64,000 nucleotides of DNA, from the IMG/VR virus record IMGVR_UViG_3300031766_000002. One strand, given 5' to 3'. Made by a program: the position numbers and the translations under genes. The stretch's first letter is position 1, and the number at the start of each line of letters is the position of its first letter. This document shows positions 8,705 through 18,120 of the stretch, one piece after another. This stretch comes from an uncultured virus (IMG/VR IMGVR_UViG_3300031766_000002) (lineage: Duplodnaviria; Heunggongvirae; Uroviricota; Caudoviricetes). The notes below the pieces were generated by a model. The model was not told where the DNA came from. It did no database searches and saw only the letters and a program-made list of their open reading frames with translations.

Positions 8705-9215
8705 AGTAAAAGTTACCCCAGAAATATGGGAAGAAGCTAAGAGGAGAACCTCAGAAGCTGCTGAAAGATTTGGAGACAGAGGAACTCATAGGCTTAACAG
8801 TGATCGGCAAAAAACTACAGGCTATTTAGCTGAAGTATGTATCAACCATCAATTCCCTAACATTAAATACAGCGACGATTTAAATGTTGATTTTCATTTT
8901 AATTCAATGTCTCTGGATGCTAAGTCCCAAGGTTGCAACTCAAAACCTTTAGGTTATTATAGTGCCACTTTATATGAGGAGCAGAAGAAGAGGCCAGCTG
9001 ATTATTATATTTTCAATAGAGTCAAAAATGACTTCAGCAAAGTTTGGATTTGCGGAGTGATCTCTAAAGAAAGGTTTTTCCAAATAGCTAAACTAAAGAA
9101 AGCTGGAACAAAAACTAATAATTTTACCTATGATCAGGCTAGGTATGAGATTGAATACAAAGATTTAGACGGTCTGCAAAGTTTTGTGAATCATTATGGG
9201 CGCAAGATCAAGTAA
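8697..9215 (+). CDS. Putative PD-(D/E)xK restriction-endonuclease-like protein
   Basis: G.LAE, VDF, LDAKS, ADYYIF, VWICG pattern. Confidence 0.5.
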   Translation: MIEVKVTPEIWEEAKRRTSEAAERFGDRGTHRLNSDRQKTTGYLAEVCINHQFPNIKYSDDLNVDFHFNSMSLDAKSQGCNSKPLGYYSATLYEEQKKRPADYYIFNRVKNDFSKVWICGVISKERFFQIAKLKKAGTKTNNFTYDQARYEIEYKDLDGLQSFVNHYGRKIK

Positions 9216-9241
9216 AAACGATTAAAAATTCATTTACTTTA

Positions 9242-9272
9242 AAAACCTGCTTCCTCTGGGAGTGGGTTTTTT
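9242..9272 (+). terminator. Intrinsic terminator
   Basis: AAAACCTGCTTCC-TCT-GGGAGTGGGTTTTTT hairpin (with G-U pairs) plus T-tract, after the gene ending at 9215. Confidence 0.65.
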
Positions 9273-9286
9273 GTGTAATATAAGAT

Positions 9287-10159
9287 ATGCCTTCTGTAAC
9301 AAGAGTTCATTCTCATGAGAGCCAAGTCTATATTGATAGCACTTTAATTAGGGGCGTTCAGTCTTTCAACTATGAGAACCCAAAAAATGTTCAAGAGCTA
9401 AGGAAACTAGGGTCTTACAAACAAGAGGATTATATTTTAACAGCAGACCAGCCCATTGATACATCTATAGAATTTATTGTAAATGATCATGTTTTAGACA
9501 AGGATGGGAACTACTTGAAGTTTTTGAGTTCAGATGAGTCTAGTATAAAACTAAAAGATGCTACTTCTGAAACCACTTTCAATAAAGCAAACCTCACAAA
9601 CTTTTCATTGGATTTTAACGTCGGAGAATTCGCTATAGGCAACTATGGATATCAGTGTGATTCCTTGTCTGTAGATTCGTCAGAGTCATATGAAGATGCA
9701 GATATAGATTCTTCTAAGATAAATATTTTTAGACCACAAAATATAACTCTAACCACAACCTTAACTGAGGGCATAAACTCTACAGACTACCCAATCCAAT
9801 CTGCATCTATTTCTGTAGGCATAGAGAGAAGACCCACAATCAGAGTCGGAGAACGAGGAGCGAAAAGAAGATACCCTGTACTACCAGCACAAGGATCTTT
9901 AAATATATCTATTCTTAAAAATAAAGTTGAAGAGACTTTAGATTTATCAAGCTTAATTGCTAAAAAAGGAAACTTTACTTTTGTAATGTCAGAAACTGCT
10001 TTGGGTTCTGCTTCTACAAATCCAAATTTAAATATAAAAGTTCACAATTGTTTTTTAAATTCTGTAAACCATTCTCATTCTTTAGACGATAATGCATCAT
10101 TAGAATTTTCTTATACATTTCCGATTTCAAATGATGCCATCGAATATTATTTTTCGTAA
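9287..10159 (+). CDS. Putative tail tube / virion structural protein
   Basis: Beta-rich. GVQSF....ELRKLG and IQSASISVG.ER...RVG repeat in the two halves, as in tail-tube folds. Preceded by the GTGTAA element. Confidence 0.45.
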   Translation: MPSVTRVHSHESQVYIDSTLIRGVQSFNYENPKNVQELRKLGSYKQEDYILTADQPIDTSIEFIVNDHVLDKDGNYLKFLSSDESSIKLKDATSETTFNKANLTNFSLDFNVGEFAIGNYGYQCDSLSVDSSESYEDADIDSSKINIFRPQNITLTTTLTEGINSTDYPIQSASISVGIERRPTIRVGERGAKRRYPVLPAQGSLNISILKNKVEETLDLSSLIAKKGNFTFVMSETALGSASTNPNLNIKVHNCFLNSVNHSHSLDDNASLEFSYTFPISNDAIEYYFS

Positions 10160-10228
10160 GCCGATTTGTCACTTCCTTATTTGGCAAAATTCTGTTTAAA
10201 CTTGGGACTTTTTCGTGTATACTAAAAT

Positions 10229-10765
10229 ATGCCATTGCCAACGCCAAACAACGGAGAAAAAAAATCTGAATTTGTTAGTCGCTGTATTGTAGATCTTACA
10301 GACAAAAAAGAATTTCAAGATGATAAGCAGAGATCTGCTGTTTGTTACTCTCAATTTGAGAAGGCTGAAAGTAAAGCGTCCATAGTGATTAGCGATCCAT
10401 TAAATGGGAAAGATAGCATTTTATTTTTCTCAAAGGCATCTCCTGATGTAAAAAAACATTACTTCAAGACAAAAGAAGAAGCAATGAAGGATGCTGAAAA
10501 GATGGGATTAAAAGGTATTCACACTCATACAACAGAAGACGGAGAGACTTTGTATATGGCTGGCCCAGATCACAAGGCGTTTATGAAGCGTCATGACGAG
10601 ATCCTAAAAGAAAAAGAAAAGTCTGACAGTAGCCTGTGGGAAAACATCAGGAAAAAGAAAGAGCGAATCAAAAGAGGCTCTGGTGAAAAGATGAGGAAGA
10701 AAGGTGACAAAGGTGCGCCTACCTCTGATCAAATCGAAAGAGCTAAAGGCCAAAAGAACGACTAG
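10229..10765 (+). CDS. Hypothetical phage protein built from short conserved modules
   Basis: MPLPTP..GEK..EFVSRC...QR.AVCYSQ; EA..DA..MG..GIH.H; SLWENIRKK..R. Confidence 0.6.
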   Translation: MPLPTPNNGEKKSEFVSRCIVDLTDKKEFQDDKQRSAVCYSQFEKAESKASIVISDPLNGKDSILFFSKASPDVKKHYFKTKEEAMKDAEKMGLKGIHTHTTEDGETLYMAGPDHKAFMKRHDEILKEKEKSDSSLWENIRKKKERIKRGSGEKMRKKGDKGAPTSDQIERAKGQKND

Positions 10766-11013
10766 AAAACCTGCCTTTTCAAAGTTTTAAAGATGTCATA
10801 CAAGCACTGATCCTGCTTAGTGGCCTCTCTGACTTTATTCTTAATCTCAAATGAGTGTGAAGTGTGAGCTATGTCACGCTTAATCACCCAACCTCCTTCA
10901 ATAAAGTAGTCTGAGTCCCAATCAAATACCTCTGAAATATAATCAAGAGCAATCAAATGCCTTTGACCTTCAGAGATTTCAATTTGAACTTCCTGCTTGC
11001 CAGTTATTTTCAT
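10762..11013 (-). CDS. Hypothetical protein
   Basis: ORF track, GTGTAA 9 nt upstream of the ATG. Confidence 0.55.
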   Translation of the reverse strand: MKITGKQEVQIEISEGQRHLIALDYISEVFDWDSDYFIEGGWVIKRDIAHTSHSFEIKNKVREATKQDQCLYDIFKTLKRQVF

Positions 11014-11356
11014 GAACTTTTATTACACTATTTGTGTCGGAATTGTCAAGCGAATATCTCTCCTTCCAATATAACCATTTTTCATGGTCGAGTCTGCGTC
11101 CGAATAAATAATAAACCTTTGTGCCAATGGGGGTTCTGATTGCTGGGCCAGAAATATTATGTAGCTGCCCAAAATTCCAATATTCTATACAACCATTATT
11201 ATGAATAACCGCTGGACCATCAGTTCGATGCAGCTTTAAGCAAGCATCATCTAAATAATAACGCAATGACGAATGCTCTAAACGAATAAAAGATTTATTT
11301 TCACAGACAGGATCTTGAAATGGTGGTCTAATGAAATTATCAGGAGTTTTAGACAT
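10979..11356 (-). CDS. LHRxDGPA-repeat protein
   Basis: LHRTDGPAVI and LHNISGPAI repeats. Confidence 0.65.
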   Translation of the reverse strand: MSKTPDNFIRPPFQDPVCENKSFIRLEHSSLRYYLDDACLKLHRTDGPAVIHNNGCIEYWNFGQLHNISGPAIRTPIGTKVYYLFGRRLDHEKWLYWKERYSLDNSDTNSVIKVHENNWQAGSSN

Positions 11357-11360
11357 CAAA

Positions 11361-11555
11361 CTAATCTTTAGTAAATGTTATTTCTCGCACCTTAATATCT
11401 TCTGGATTCTTTTTTGCACGAGCTTCAGCCCTTTTCAATTCATTCTCTGTGAATAAAAAATGCCTTCCGTCATCAGAACTAATCTGGAAGTAAACGAGAG
11501 AAGCATTATTTTTCTTCTGGTTGTTGACAACTGTATTTATATAAGCGTATTCCAT
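11361..11555 (-). CDS. Hypothetical protein (probable start MEYAYI)
   Basis: ORF track 11361-11600. The ATG at 11555 avoids overlap with the upstream gene. Confidence 0.5.
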   Translation of the reverse strand: MEYAYINTVVNNQKKNNASLVYFQISSDDGRHFLFTENELKRAEARAKKNPEDIKVREITFTKD

Positions 11556-11565
11556 AATCCGCAAT

Positions 11566-11802
11566 TTATTCGTATTCAAAAAATGACTCTTCAATCCCAC
11601 CTAAAATATTATCTTCCTCTACTGGACATTGACTCAGAATGCTAGATAACATTTCATCTTCCTCCTCTGTAGGCTGTTCGGAATCATCAAGGATCTTTTT
11701 GAATCTTTCGATAGAACCAAAGTTATCAATGATATCCCCGTCTTCTAACTCATAAGTGCGAACTTGCTGAAGAGAGCGCAGTTCAATTTTTTTAATTTGC
11801 AT
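11566..11802 (-). CDS. Hypothetical acidic protein
   Basis: ORF track. Confidence 0.55.
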   Translation of the reverse strand: MQIKKIELRSLQQVRTYELEDGDIIDNFGSIERFKKILDDSEQPTEEEDEMLSSILSQCPVEEDNILGGIEESFFEYE

Positions 11803-11805
11803 AAT

Positions 11806-12432
11806 TTAATATCCCCAACTATTTAGAGTGTATCTAAATGGATTATCTTCAATATTCTTTACTAGATCAAGCATTTTCTGAGAAATTTCTCTGATTTCCT
11901 TTTGAGCGTGTTCACTATTCCTCAATTTAAGGAAGTTTGCGAACGATCTCATGTTGAACTGGACATCTGCTTGAATACGACTATTGTAAGTTTTAAAGAA
12001 ACGTGCGGATTCTTTTGCTCGTTTGCGACCCAACTCTGGTTCAAGATCAGCAAGGCATTTATGGTAAAGTCTATTACCATCCGCAGTATATTGCTTTAAT
12101 TGTTGCTGCCAGAACTCTGGCCAATCATCAGGGATGAAAGTTTTATCCTCTTTTAGTTCCTTGTATCGTGCCGATTCTGCATTGAGAGAAGATAATCTAT
12201 GCTTAAGTAAATGAATATGACTGGCAATATCGCAATCAACAAGAAAATGGACGCTACCTTTTTCAAAAGGGGTCTCGTGTCCATTGCTCCAAAGCATGTC
12301 GATGAGCTTCGGAATTCTCTGTCTTTTCTTTTCATCTAAGTCTCTTGAAGTTGATGTCCAAGCACTACAAGCAATTACTTCGTCACTACCATAGTATCCT
12401 AATAATTCTACTGTATTATCCATTTTTTTCAA
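11806..12432 (-). CDS. thyX: FAD-dependent thymidylate synthase
   Basis: GHETPFE, KHRLSSLNAESARY (ThyX motif), NMRSF.NFLKLR...HAQKEIR. Confidence 0.92.
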   Translation of the reverse strand: MKKMDNTVELLGYYGSDEVIACSAWTSTSRDLDEKKRQRIPKLIDMLWSNGHETPFEKGSVHFLVDCDIASHIHLLKHRLSSLNAESARYKELKEDKTFIPDDWPEFWQQQLKQYTADGNRLYHKCLADLEPELGRKRAKESARFFKTYNSRIQADVQFNMRSFANFLKLRNSEHAQKEIREISQKMLDLVKNIEDNPFRYTLNSWGY

Positions 12433-13203
12433 TTAATAATTTAAAGGATCTACCATCACAAAAGTGGAAGGCACGATCTTCCTGACAAAGAGATACCCAT
12501 CTTTACGATAAGTGTCAACCATACCTTTGCTAATTTTACTAAAAGCCCTTGGATTCCTGCCAACATTACCCTTCGAATCTTTCCTTATACTCCAATCAGA
12601 ATAGGTTGTAGCTTGTCCCATCTCAAAATCCATACCCAACTGTTTTGCAATTCCCCAAAAATAAAATTCATCGGCAAAAATAACCTTATTCTTTACGAAA
12701 TACTTAGCCCAATCATCAAAAGTCTCAACAAACCTAATCGCATCTTTTCTGCGACAAACGAAAAACTGACAAACTGCATTATATTCTCCAAAATTATAAC
12801 CCCTAACTCCTTCTCTGAATATTTTTTGACTTTTAACTTTCGTATGAAAGCTGAAATGTTTTGTGAAGGTCATTTTTTTATACCTTTCTTTTATTAAATT
12901 TACTGTAGAATCCAAATCATACAAGGGGAAATGAGAATCACTAATTAAGGCAAAGTACTCGTTCCCCTCATCTTCCAAAGCTGCTTTCATTAATTCTATA
13001 GTAGCTTCAACTAATGAGAAATGACCCCAAGCTGTTGGCACAATATTTTCTATCTGATAATCAGAAAACAAGCTTGGAGCTTTAAACTTGGAGTGCAAAT
13101 ATAAATTATATATATCATTACTACCACCGTCGATAAATTTTTTCCAAACATTGTTTTGGGTGAAAGAATTTATGGTCAAATTTAAGAAAGCTACTTTTTC
13201 CAT
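12433..13203 (-). CDS. Core-2/I-branching (GT14-like) glycosyltransferase
   Basis: TAWGHFSLVEA...L...AL, LISDSHFPL, ADEFYF, YSDW, LFVRKI. Confidence 0.8.
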   Translation of the reverse strand: MEKVAFLNLTINSFTQNNVWKKFIDGGSNDIYNLYLHSKFKAPSLFSDYQIENIVPTAWGHFSLVEATIELMKAALEDEGNEYFALISDSHFPLYDLDSTVNLIKERYKKMTFTKHFSFHTKVKSQKIFREGVRGYNFGEYNAVCQFFVCRRKDAIRFVETFDDWAKYFVKNKVIFADEFYFWGIAKQLGMDFEMGQATTYSDWSIRKDSKGNVGRNPRAFSKISKGMVDTYRKDGYLFVRKIVPSTFVMVDPLNY

Positions 13204-13250
13204 TTATTTAATGTTTCTGGTGTATTATAATAATGTAACCCAATTATACT

Positions 13251-13607
13251 ATGGATAATTTCGAAAATCCCTTACAAAGTCAGGCTAGCGTCAATGATGC
13301 TGGAGAAATGGAAGTCACTATCGCCAAGAAATATTCTGAAGCAGAAGCTGCTGTTTATAAATCATATATGAGCATGTGCGCTATGGAAGATAAGACATTC
13401 ACAGATACCGCTGGAATGGGAGACAAGGAGACTTACAGTGCTTGTGCTGTGCAATATGGTAAAATGCGAGCCATGATGATGGACGATAGCAAGGGAGAAC
13501 TGACCGAAAAGCAAAAAAAACTTCCACCTGCTCTCCAAAAGAAAATCATCGAAAAGATGAAAAAAGAGGGCAAACATAAAGGAGAAGAGAAAGAAGAAAA
13601 AGAATAA
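13251..13607 (+). CDS. Hypothetical protein
   Basis: ORF track, C-terminal LTEKQKKLPPALQKKI module. Confidence 0.6.
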   Translation: MDNFENPLQSQASVNDAGEMEVTIAKKYSEAEAAVYKSYMSMCAMEDKTFTDTAGMGDKETYSACAVQYGKMRAMMMDDSKGELTEKQKKLPPALQKKIIEKMKKEGKHKGEEKEEKE

Positions 13608-13641
13608 TTGATTTTTATATATTTTTCTATAAAATCTTTTA

Positions 13642-13941
13642 GTGAAAACGATTGTTAAAAAGAAATTAGAAATCGAAACCAAAAGACACGATTTCGATAA
13701 CGAATTTGCTTACATCGAAACATGGCATAACACCCAGCTAAAAGATTGCTTTTTCGCAGAGAAACAATTCCTCTGGCCTGATGGTAGCCTGAAGGCTGGA
13801 GGTAAAAAATATTTTTTAGGTAGGAATCCAGAATCTCCAGAAAAAGAAATTAAATGTATTAACTATAATAATTTTAGTCACTTCGACCATCTTTATCATT
13901 TGAGTGAAAATGGAGAGGTCATAAACATTCTTAATATATGA
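13642..13941 (+). CDS. Hypothetical protein
   Basis: ORF track, ATGA overlap with the next gene. Confidence 0.5.
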   Translation: MKTIVKKKLEIETKRHDFDNEFAYIETWHNTQLKDCFFAEKQFLWPDGSLKAGGKKYFLGRNPESPEKEIKCINYNNFSHFDHLYHLSENGEVINILNI

Positions 13942-14630
13942 GCGAGTCCAGCAATACATTTCATATGAACTCGTCTCCAGCAGACAGTTCGTCATTTACA
14001 CTGTATACAAACCCTTTTATGCCTCAAGCAATCCAGACTGGATTCAGTGATAACGCAAAGAAACAATTTCAATTAAAATTTAATAAAGGTTTCATTTTTG
14101 ATTACGCTAATGGTGGCAAAAGGGTTGAAGTCGGAGGACTAAGCCACGACATCGAAGAAGATAAAGAAACTTTCCAATTAAAAATTGAATTTGACCATCA
14201 TAATGGAGCGATTTTTAATGCAGAAATTTTAAAACAATCGGATGGAGGCTCAACATTTACTAATTTTGCAGCTGACAGTCAGATAGAAGGAGAAGAAGTC
14301 ACACTTGTTAGTCCAGCCGAATATTATCTAGATGTGTGCGAAGTAGAAGGCGGGACTCCTCAAGAAATCTACCTAAGAGAAAATATTCACCTACATCTTA
14401 GGGGCCATGTGCAACATTTTGATGAATTTCAGGATGGAAGTGATGAGGGAGTAGGTCATGGAGTTATGAAACCGCTTAGTTCTCTAGATGCTAATGGCCT
14501 TATTGAATATAGAGCGTTATGTGAAGACCCAGAAGAAGGTAATCAAGTAAGAATAACGACAGAGGGAAGCAATATTTACTTTTTCGTTCCAAGTGGTTCT
14601 GCGGAGGAGGGATCAGGTGGAGGAGATTAA
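13938..14630 (+). CDS. Hypothetical acidic protein
   Basis: ORF track, 230 aa. Confidence 0.6.
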   Translation: MSESSNTFHMNSSPADSSSFTLYTNPFMPQAIQTGFSDNAKKQFQLKFNKGFIFDYANGGKRVEVGGLSHDIEEDKETFQLKIEFDHHNGAIFNAEILKQSDGGSTFTNFAADSQIEGEEVTLVSPAEYYLDVCEVEGGTPQEIYLRENIHLHLRGHVQHFDEFQDGSDEGVGHGVMKPLSSLDANGLIEYRALCEDPEEGNQVRITTEGSNIYFFVPSGSAEEGSGGGD

Positions 14631-14935
14631 AGATAAAGTTCATCAAAGAACCTATTCCCATTGTAAGCCTTGTCATCAATCCAAAAGTCATATGCTGGTT
14701 TATCTGTTCTTAACTCAGTATATTTGACTCCCCACTCTTCAAGTTGCTTCTTTGTAAACTCTGACCAATCTTTACCTGAGTTAGCCCCTCTAGCTGTCCA
14801 GTAGATTATTTTATTCCCGCTATTAAATAATCCATTAAAATACTCAATACGAGCTTTCATAGGACGAGCTAACTCATAGCTACCCCGACTGTCGGTACAA
14901 ATAGTCCCATCAATATCTACGATAAAAGTTTTCAT
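14627..14935 (-). CDS. Minimal HAD-superfamily phosphatase (capsule-biosynthesis phosphatase-like)
   Basis: VDIDGTI, WTARG, KP..D.WIDDK. Confidence 0.85.
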   Translation of the reverse strand: MKTFIVDIDGTICTDSRGSYELARPMKARIEYFNGLFNSGNKIIYWTARGANSGKDWSEFTKKQLEEWGVKYTELRTDKPAYDFWIDDKAYNGNRFFDELYL

Positions 14936-15408
14936 AATTTTTTAATTTTTGTTATAATCTGGGTAGCACTTATATTTTCAGAGAATGGAATGAAATATAC
15001 CTCTGTTTGCCCACACTCTGCTCTCTCAGCGGGGTGTAATGTAGTGATACTATAATCTCCCCCTTTATACCAACGAGAAGGCTTTAAGTGTCTCAGGTAA
15101 CCAGAGACTGTTGCTTCATTAAATACGAAAACGTAGTCAACACACTCATTGCAAGCCACAAGGAAAGCTCTCTGCTCTTGGCTAATAATGGGCCTTTCTG
15201 AACCCTTATTTTTCTTAACACTTTCATCTCCATTCACACCAACAACTAGTTTGTAATCGTCAGGTAAATCTTCTTTTATTGATTGGAGAAGGTGCGCGTG
15301 ACCTGCATGAAATAAGTCGAAGCAACCGTTCGTAAAAGCCATCTTTTCCGTTCCCATTGAAAAACGGTGCATGATCGTAGATGTATCAACTATTTTAGGG
15401 TGATTCAT
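14932..15408 (-). CDS. rfaE2: D-glycero-beta-D-manno-heptose 1-phosphate adenylyltransferase (HldC / RfaE domain II)
   Basis: FTNGCFDLFHAGH, VVGVNGDESVK..KG..RPI, VDYV, KGGDY. Confidence 0.85.
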   Translation of the reverse strand: MNHPKIVDTSTIMHRFSMGTEKMAFTNGCFDLFHAGHAHLLQSIKEDLPDDYKLVVGVNGDESVKKNKGSERPIISQEQRAFLVACNECVDYVFVFNEATVSGYLRHLKPSRWYKGGDYSITTLHPAERAECGQTEVYFIPFSENISATQIITKIKKL

Positions 15409-16151
15409 ATCGTTGCTGTTCCAGCTTTACTGACGACGATGCTACAGCAAATCTGAGCATAATCAATAGCTAAATCTATATCTTGATTAAATAAATAATT
15501 AGTCGCGAAAGCAGCAAGGAAAGTGTCTCCAGCACCACTCACATCTCTTACTTGAGACACAGATTTCAAAGGGTGTTTCTTTCCTCTGAACCTACATCCC
15601 TCACCCCCCAAAGTAACAATAAGGTTATCCATACCCATCCCTTTAAATCCATTCTCTTTGTATTCCTTTCTGTTGATTTTGATTAGGTCAAATGAATTAG
15701 CCCAATCGGAATTATATTTTTTCTTAGTGTCTAAGAAAGACATTTGAGAATTATCTGCAATATATTTCAAATCTCTATCTGTAAGGTATCCCTTGTTGTA
15801 ATCAGAAACGATTACAGCGTCATAAGACCACACATTTGCTTCTTTTAATTTTATTTTATTAATCTCTTTGTAATCGTCTGAATCAACCCGCAAAAACATT
15901 TGATTGGAGCTAGAGTCAATATATCTAGCCTTTGCTCCAGTGCTTTTATTGCTTTTAATATCTACTTCTGCTTCTTTACCTAAATCATTAAGGCAAGCAA
16001 TGACATTTCTATGGACGTTTGAGGCCATACCCATAAAAGTAACTGCATCCTCTTGTTTAAAAACAGGGACTGGAGCTTCTGGGCATAATCGGTCAGCAGA
16101 ACCATAAATAAAAATATCTAAACAAGATTCTCCGATAATTAATATTTTCAT
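15405..16151 (-). CDS. rfaE1: Heptose-7-phosphate kinase (HldA / RfaE domain I, PfkB family)
   Basis: IGESCLD.F.YG...RLCPEAPVPV, VSDYNKG, DVSGAGDTF. Confidence 0.85.
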   Translation of the reverse strand: MKILIIGESCLDIFIYGSADRLCPEAPVPVFKQEDAVTFMGMASNVHRNVIACLNDLGKEAEVDIKSNKSTGAKARYIDSSSNQMFLRVDSDDYKEINKIKLKEANVWSYDAVIVSDYNKGYLTDRDLKYIADNSQMSFLDTKKKYNSDWANSFDLIKINRKEYKENGFKGMGMDNLIVTLGGEGCRFRGKKHPLKSVSQVRDVSGAGDTFLAAFATNYLFNQDIDLAIDYAQICCSIVVSKAGTATI

Positions 16152-16522
16152 TTTTGTGAGTCTCCTTTTTGGATTCTATAAGAATCATACTCAAAATGTT
16201 GAGTGCTAACTTCAAAAACTTTAGAATCCTTGAGAGCTATAAGCTTGTGAGGAATACATGGTCGCAAATGAACAGTGTCTCCTTCGTTCAACTCAACCTG
16301 TTTTTCTTCCGCATTACCCAAATCATAATACTTTAAAATCAATTTCCCTTGCATAACAGCCCAAGTCTCCTCTTTCTTGACATGGTAATGCATAGAAAAC
16401 TCCGCACCCTCATTGAACTTCAAAATCTTACCACAATACAAATCATTATTAGTGATCCAAATTTCTTCCCCCCATCCCTTAGCGTGTTTTTGTACTTTTG
16501 AAAATACAGGTTCTAACTTCAT
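16148..16522 (-). CDS. Cupin-domain protein (mannose-6-phosphate isomerase-like)
   Basis: KGWGEE.W, SMHYH..KEETW, PH.L, EVST. Confidence 0.8.
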   Translation of the reverse strand: MKLEPVFSKVQKHAKGWGEEIWITNNDLYCGKILKFNEGAEFSMHYHVKKEETWAVMQGKLILKYYDLGNAEEKQVELNEGDTVHLRPCIPHKLIALKDSKVFEVSTQHFEYDSYRIQKGDSQK

Positions 16523-16567
16523 TGACTAATTTTAGCCAAAACGTATAAAAATTCAATAGCTAATAAT

Positions 16568-16591
16568 AAAAAAAACCGTCCCGAAGGACGG
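16568..16591 (-). terminator. Intrinsic terminator with UUCG tetraloop
   Basis: Minus strand CCGTCC-TTCG-GGACGG followed by T8. Confidence 0.85.
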
Positions 16592-16772
16592 CTTTTAAAT
16601 AATTTAAATTGAGTTTATTTTTCTTTTTGTTCTTTTTTTGCCTTTTCTTTCTCTTTTTCTTTCTGCTTCGCTTCTACTTTATGCGTGATAGCAGAGTAAC
16701 AAAAAAAAGATGTAATAGCAGATAAGAAAATTACCCTCATGGCTTGATTATTTAGATTAAGATGTCTTAATC

Positions 16773-16976
16773 TTACTTTTTATCTCCCTTGTCTTTCGCT
16801 TTACCGAAATTAACGCTGAGAAAATCTACGATTTTATAAGCTTTTGAGAGCCAAGTTCCCTCTTTTGGAGTTGGGGTTGCAGCAGCAAATGCACTAGCAG
16901 CAGCAATAACAGCACAAGCCCAGTTAAACCAAGCCTGATCTTCAACGAATGATGTAATAATCTCAATAATATCCAT
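16773..16976 (-). CDS. Small membrane protein (holin-like)
   Basis: Single TM, then A.TPTPK....L.K.YK..D.L..N.GKAKD. Confidence 0.55.
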   Translation of the reverse strand: MDIIEIITSFVEDQAWFNWACAVIAAASAFAAATPTPKEGTWLSKAYKIVDFLSVNFGKAKDKGDKK

Positions 16977-17026
16977 AACAATATTTTGTTTGTATAGCTT
17001 ATTACACCAAGCTATGGGGCAGGGAA

Positions 17027-17155
17027 TTATCGACCCTGCCCATTATAGGGTTTTTTGTAGTTCGTGGAGTTTTTATTCTTAGAGGTCTTGCTTTTAGCAT
17101 GTACGCCTTTACGTCTAATCTTCTTCTTTGCTTGGTAAGTATTTACTTTTTTCAT
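17027..17155 (-). CDS. Small basic phage protein (42 aa) ending K.Y.GQGR
   Basis: Not in the track. MKKVNTYQAKKKIRRKGVHAKSKTSKNKNSTNYKKPYNGQGR. Confidence 0.65.
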   Translation of the reverse strand: MKKVNTYQAKKKIRRKGVHAKSKTSKNKNSTNYKKPYNGQGR

Positions 17156-17156
17156 T

Positions 17157-17384
17157 TTAACTGTCTTCTAGAATGTAGTTTTTTGATAAAAAACATGGAG
17201 TAGTATCTCCCATCCATGCTCCCAATTGGTTGAAATAGAAAAACTCTTCTGCTTCATCTCTATTCATACCTTGAGATTCCAGTTTGCAAAGCACTTTTTC
17301 TTTATCGTAGCAGAGAATTTCTTCCTGACCAAATCTTTCTACTACCCCGACAACACAGTCACTGTATCCGTCCATTACCAACAT
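17157..17384 (-). CDS. Conserved hypothetical phage protein
   Basis: DGY.D.VVG...YD.....EAEEFF.FN.LGAWMG..TP pattern. Confidence 0.6.
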   Translation of the reverse strand: MLVMDGYSDCVVGVVERFGQEEILCYDKEKVLCKLESQGMNRDEAEEFFYFNQLGAWMGDTTPCFLSKNYILEDS

Positions 17385-17395
17385 TTCTCCTCCAA

Positions 17396-17764
17396 TTACT
17401 GGTCTTTTACAAATTGTCCATTTACCATCTTACCTGTGCGCTTTTTAATCACACTATATGCAGCATCCAAGCTGTCAACCGTATCCATATCAACCATCTT
17501 AGCCAATAAAACAATGGTGACTAGCATATCTCCAATACCGTCCTTAACTTCTGCAAGAATATCCTCTTTAGTTGGAGTAGGCACTCCAATATTTTCCATC
17601 AGATCACGTTGATAATCAAAATCATTTAGCTTCTTTAAAGCTTCTCTTGTTTCATCAAGCTCTTCTTGCGTCTTATCTAGTTGGCGCAATGGAGTAGATT
17701 TGTTAAAGATACCTTTATCTTCTCCCCAGTTAATTACTAATTCACTTAACTCTTCGTATTTCAT
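17396..17764 (-). CDS. MazG-like nucleotide pyrophosphohydrolase
   Basis: W...KGI, Q..K..EEL.E, DGIGD..V, AY..IK.R.GKM.NG.FVKD. Confidence 0.8.
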   Translation of the reverse strand: MKYEELSELVINWGEDKGIFNKSTPLRQLDKTQEELDETREALKKLNDFDYQRDLMENIGVPTPTKEDILAEVKDGIGDMLVTIVLLAKMVDMDTVDSLDAAYSVIKKRTGKMVNGQFVKDQ

Positions 17765-18057
17765 AGACTAACCATTTTAGGAGCGATCTCTTCAATTTCC
17801 TCACAAAGCCTTAAAATTTCGGAGGTTTGCATGTTGAGTGCCTTTGTTTTCAACTTAAACATTTCATTATAGAAACGTTGGTAATCTTCTAGCTGATATA
17901 TATATTCTTGACCTGAAATTTTGAGGATAAAATCCCCATATGTTTCATATAATGTCGGATCAATGCATTTTTCAATTGGATCATAGGTAGCATTTCCTAC
18001 AACATAATCAAAAATGTCGTGACGATCCACGTTAATATTCATTATCTCTTGACTCAT
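17761..18057 (-). CDS. Hypothetical protein
   Basis: ORF track. Confidence 0.55.
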   Translation of the reverse strand: MSQEIMNINVDRHDIFDYVVGNATYDPIEKCIDPTLYETYGDFILKISGQEYIYQLEDYQRFYNEMFKLKTKALNMQTSEILRLCEEIEEIAPKMVSL

Positions 18058-18120
18058 GATCTTAATGGCGAGTCCACCGATATGTCAAGGGTGGACCCGC
18101 CTTTTTCTATGAACTACCCT

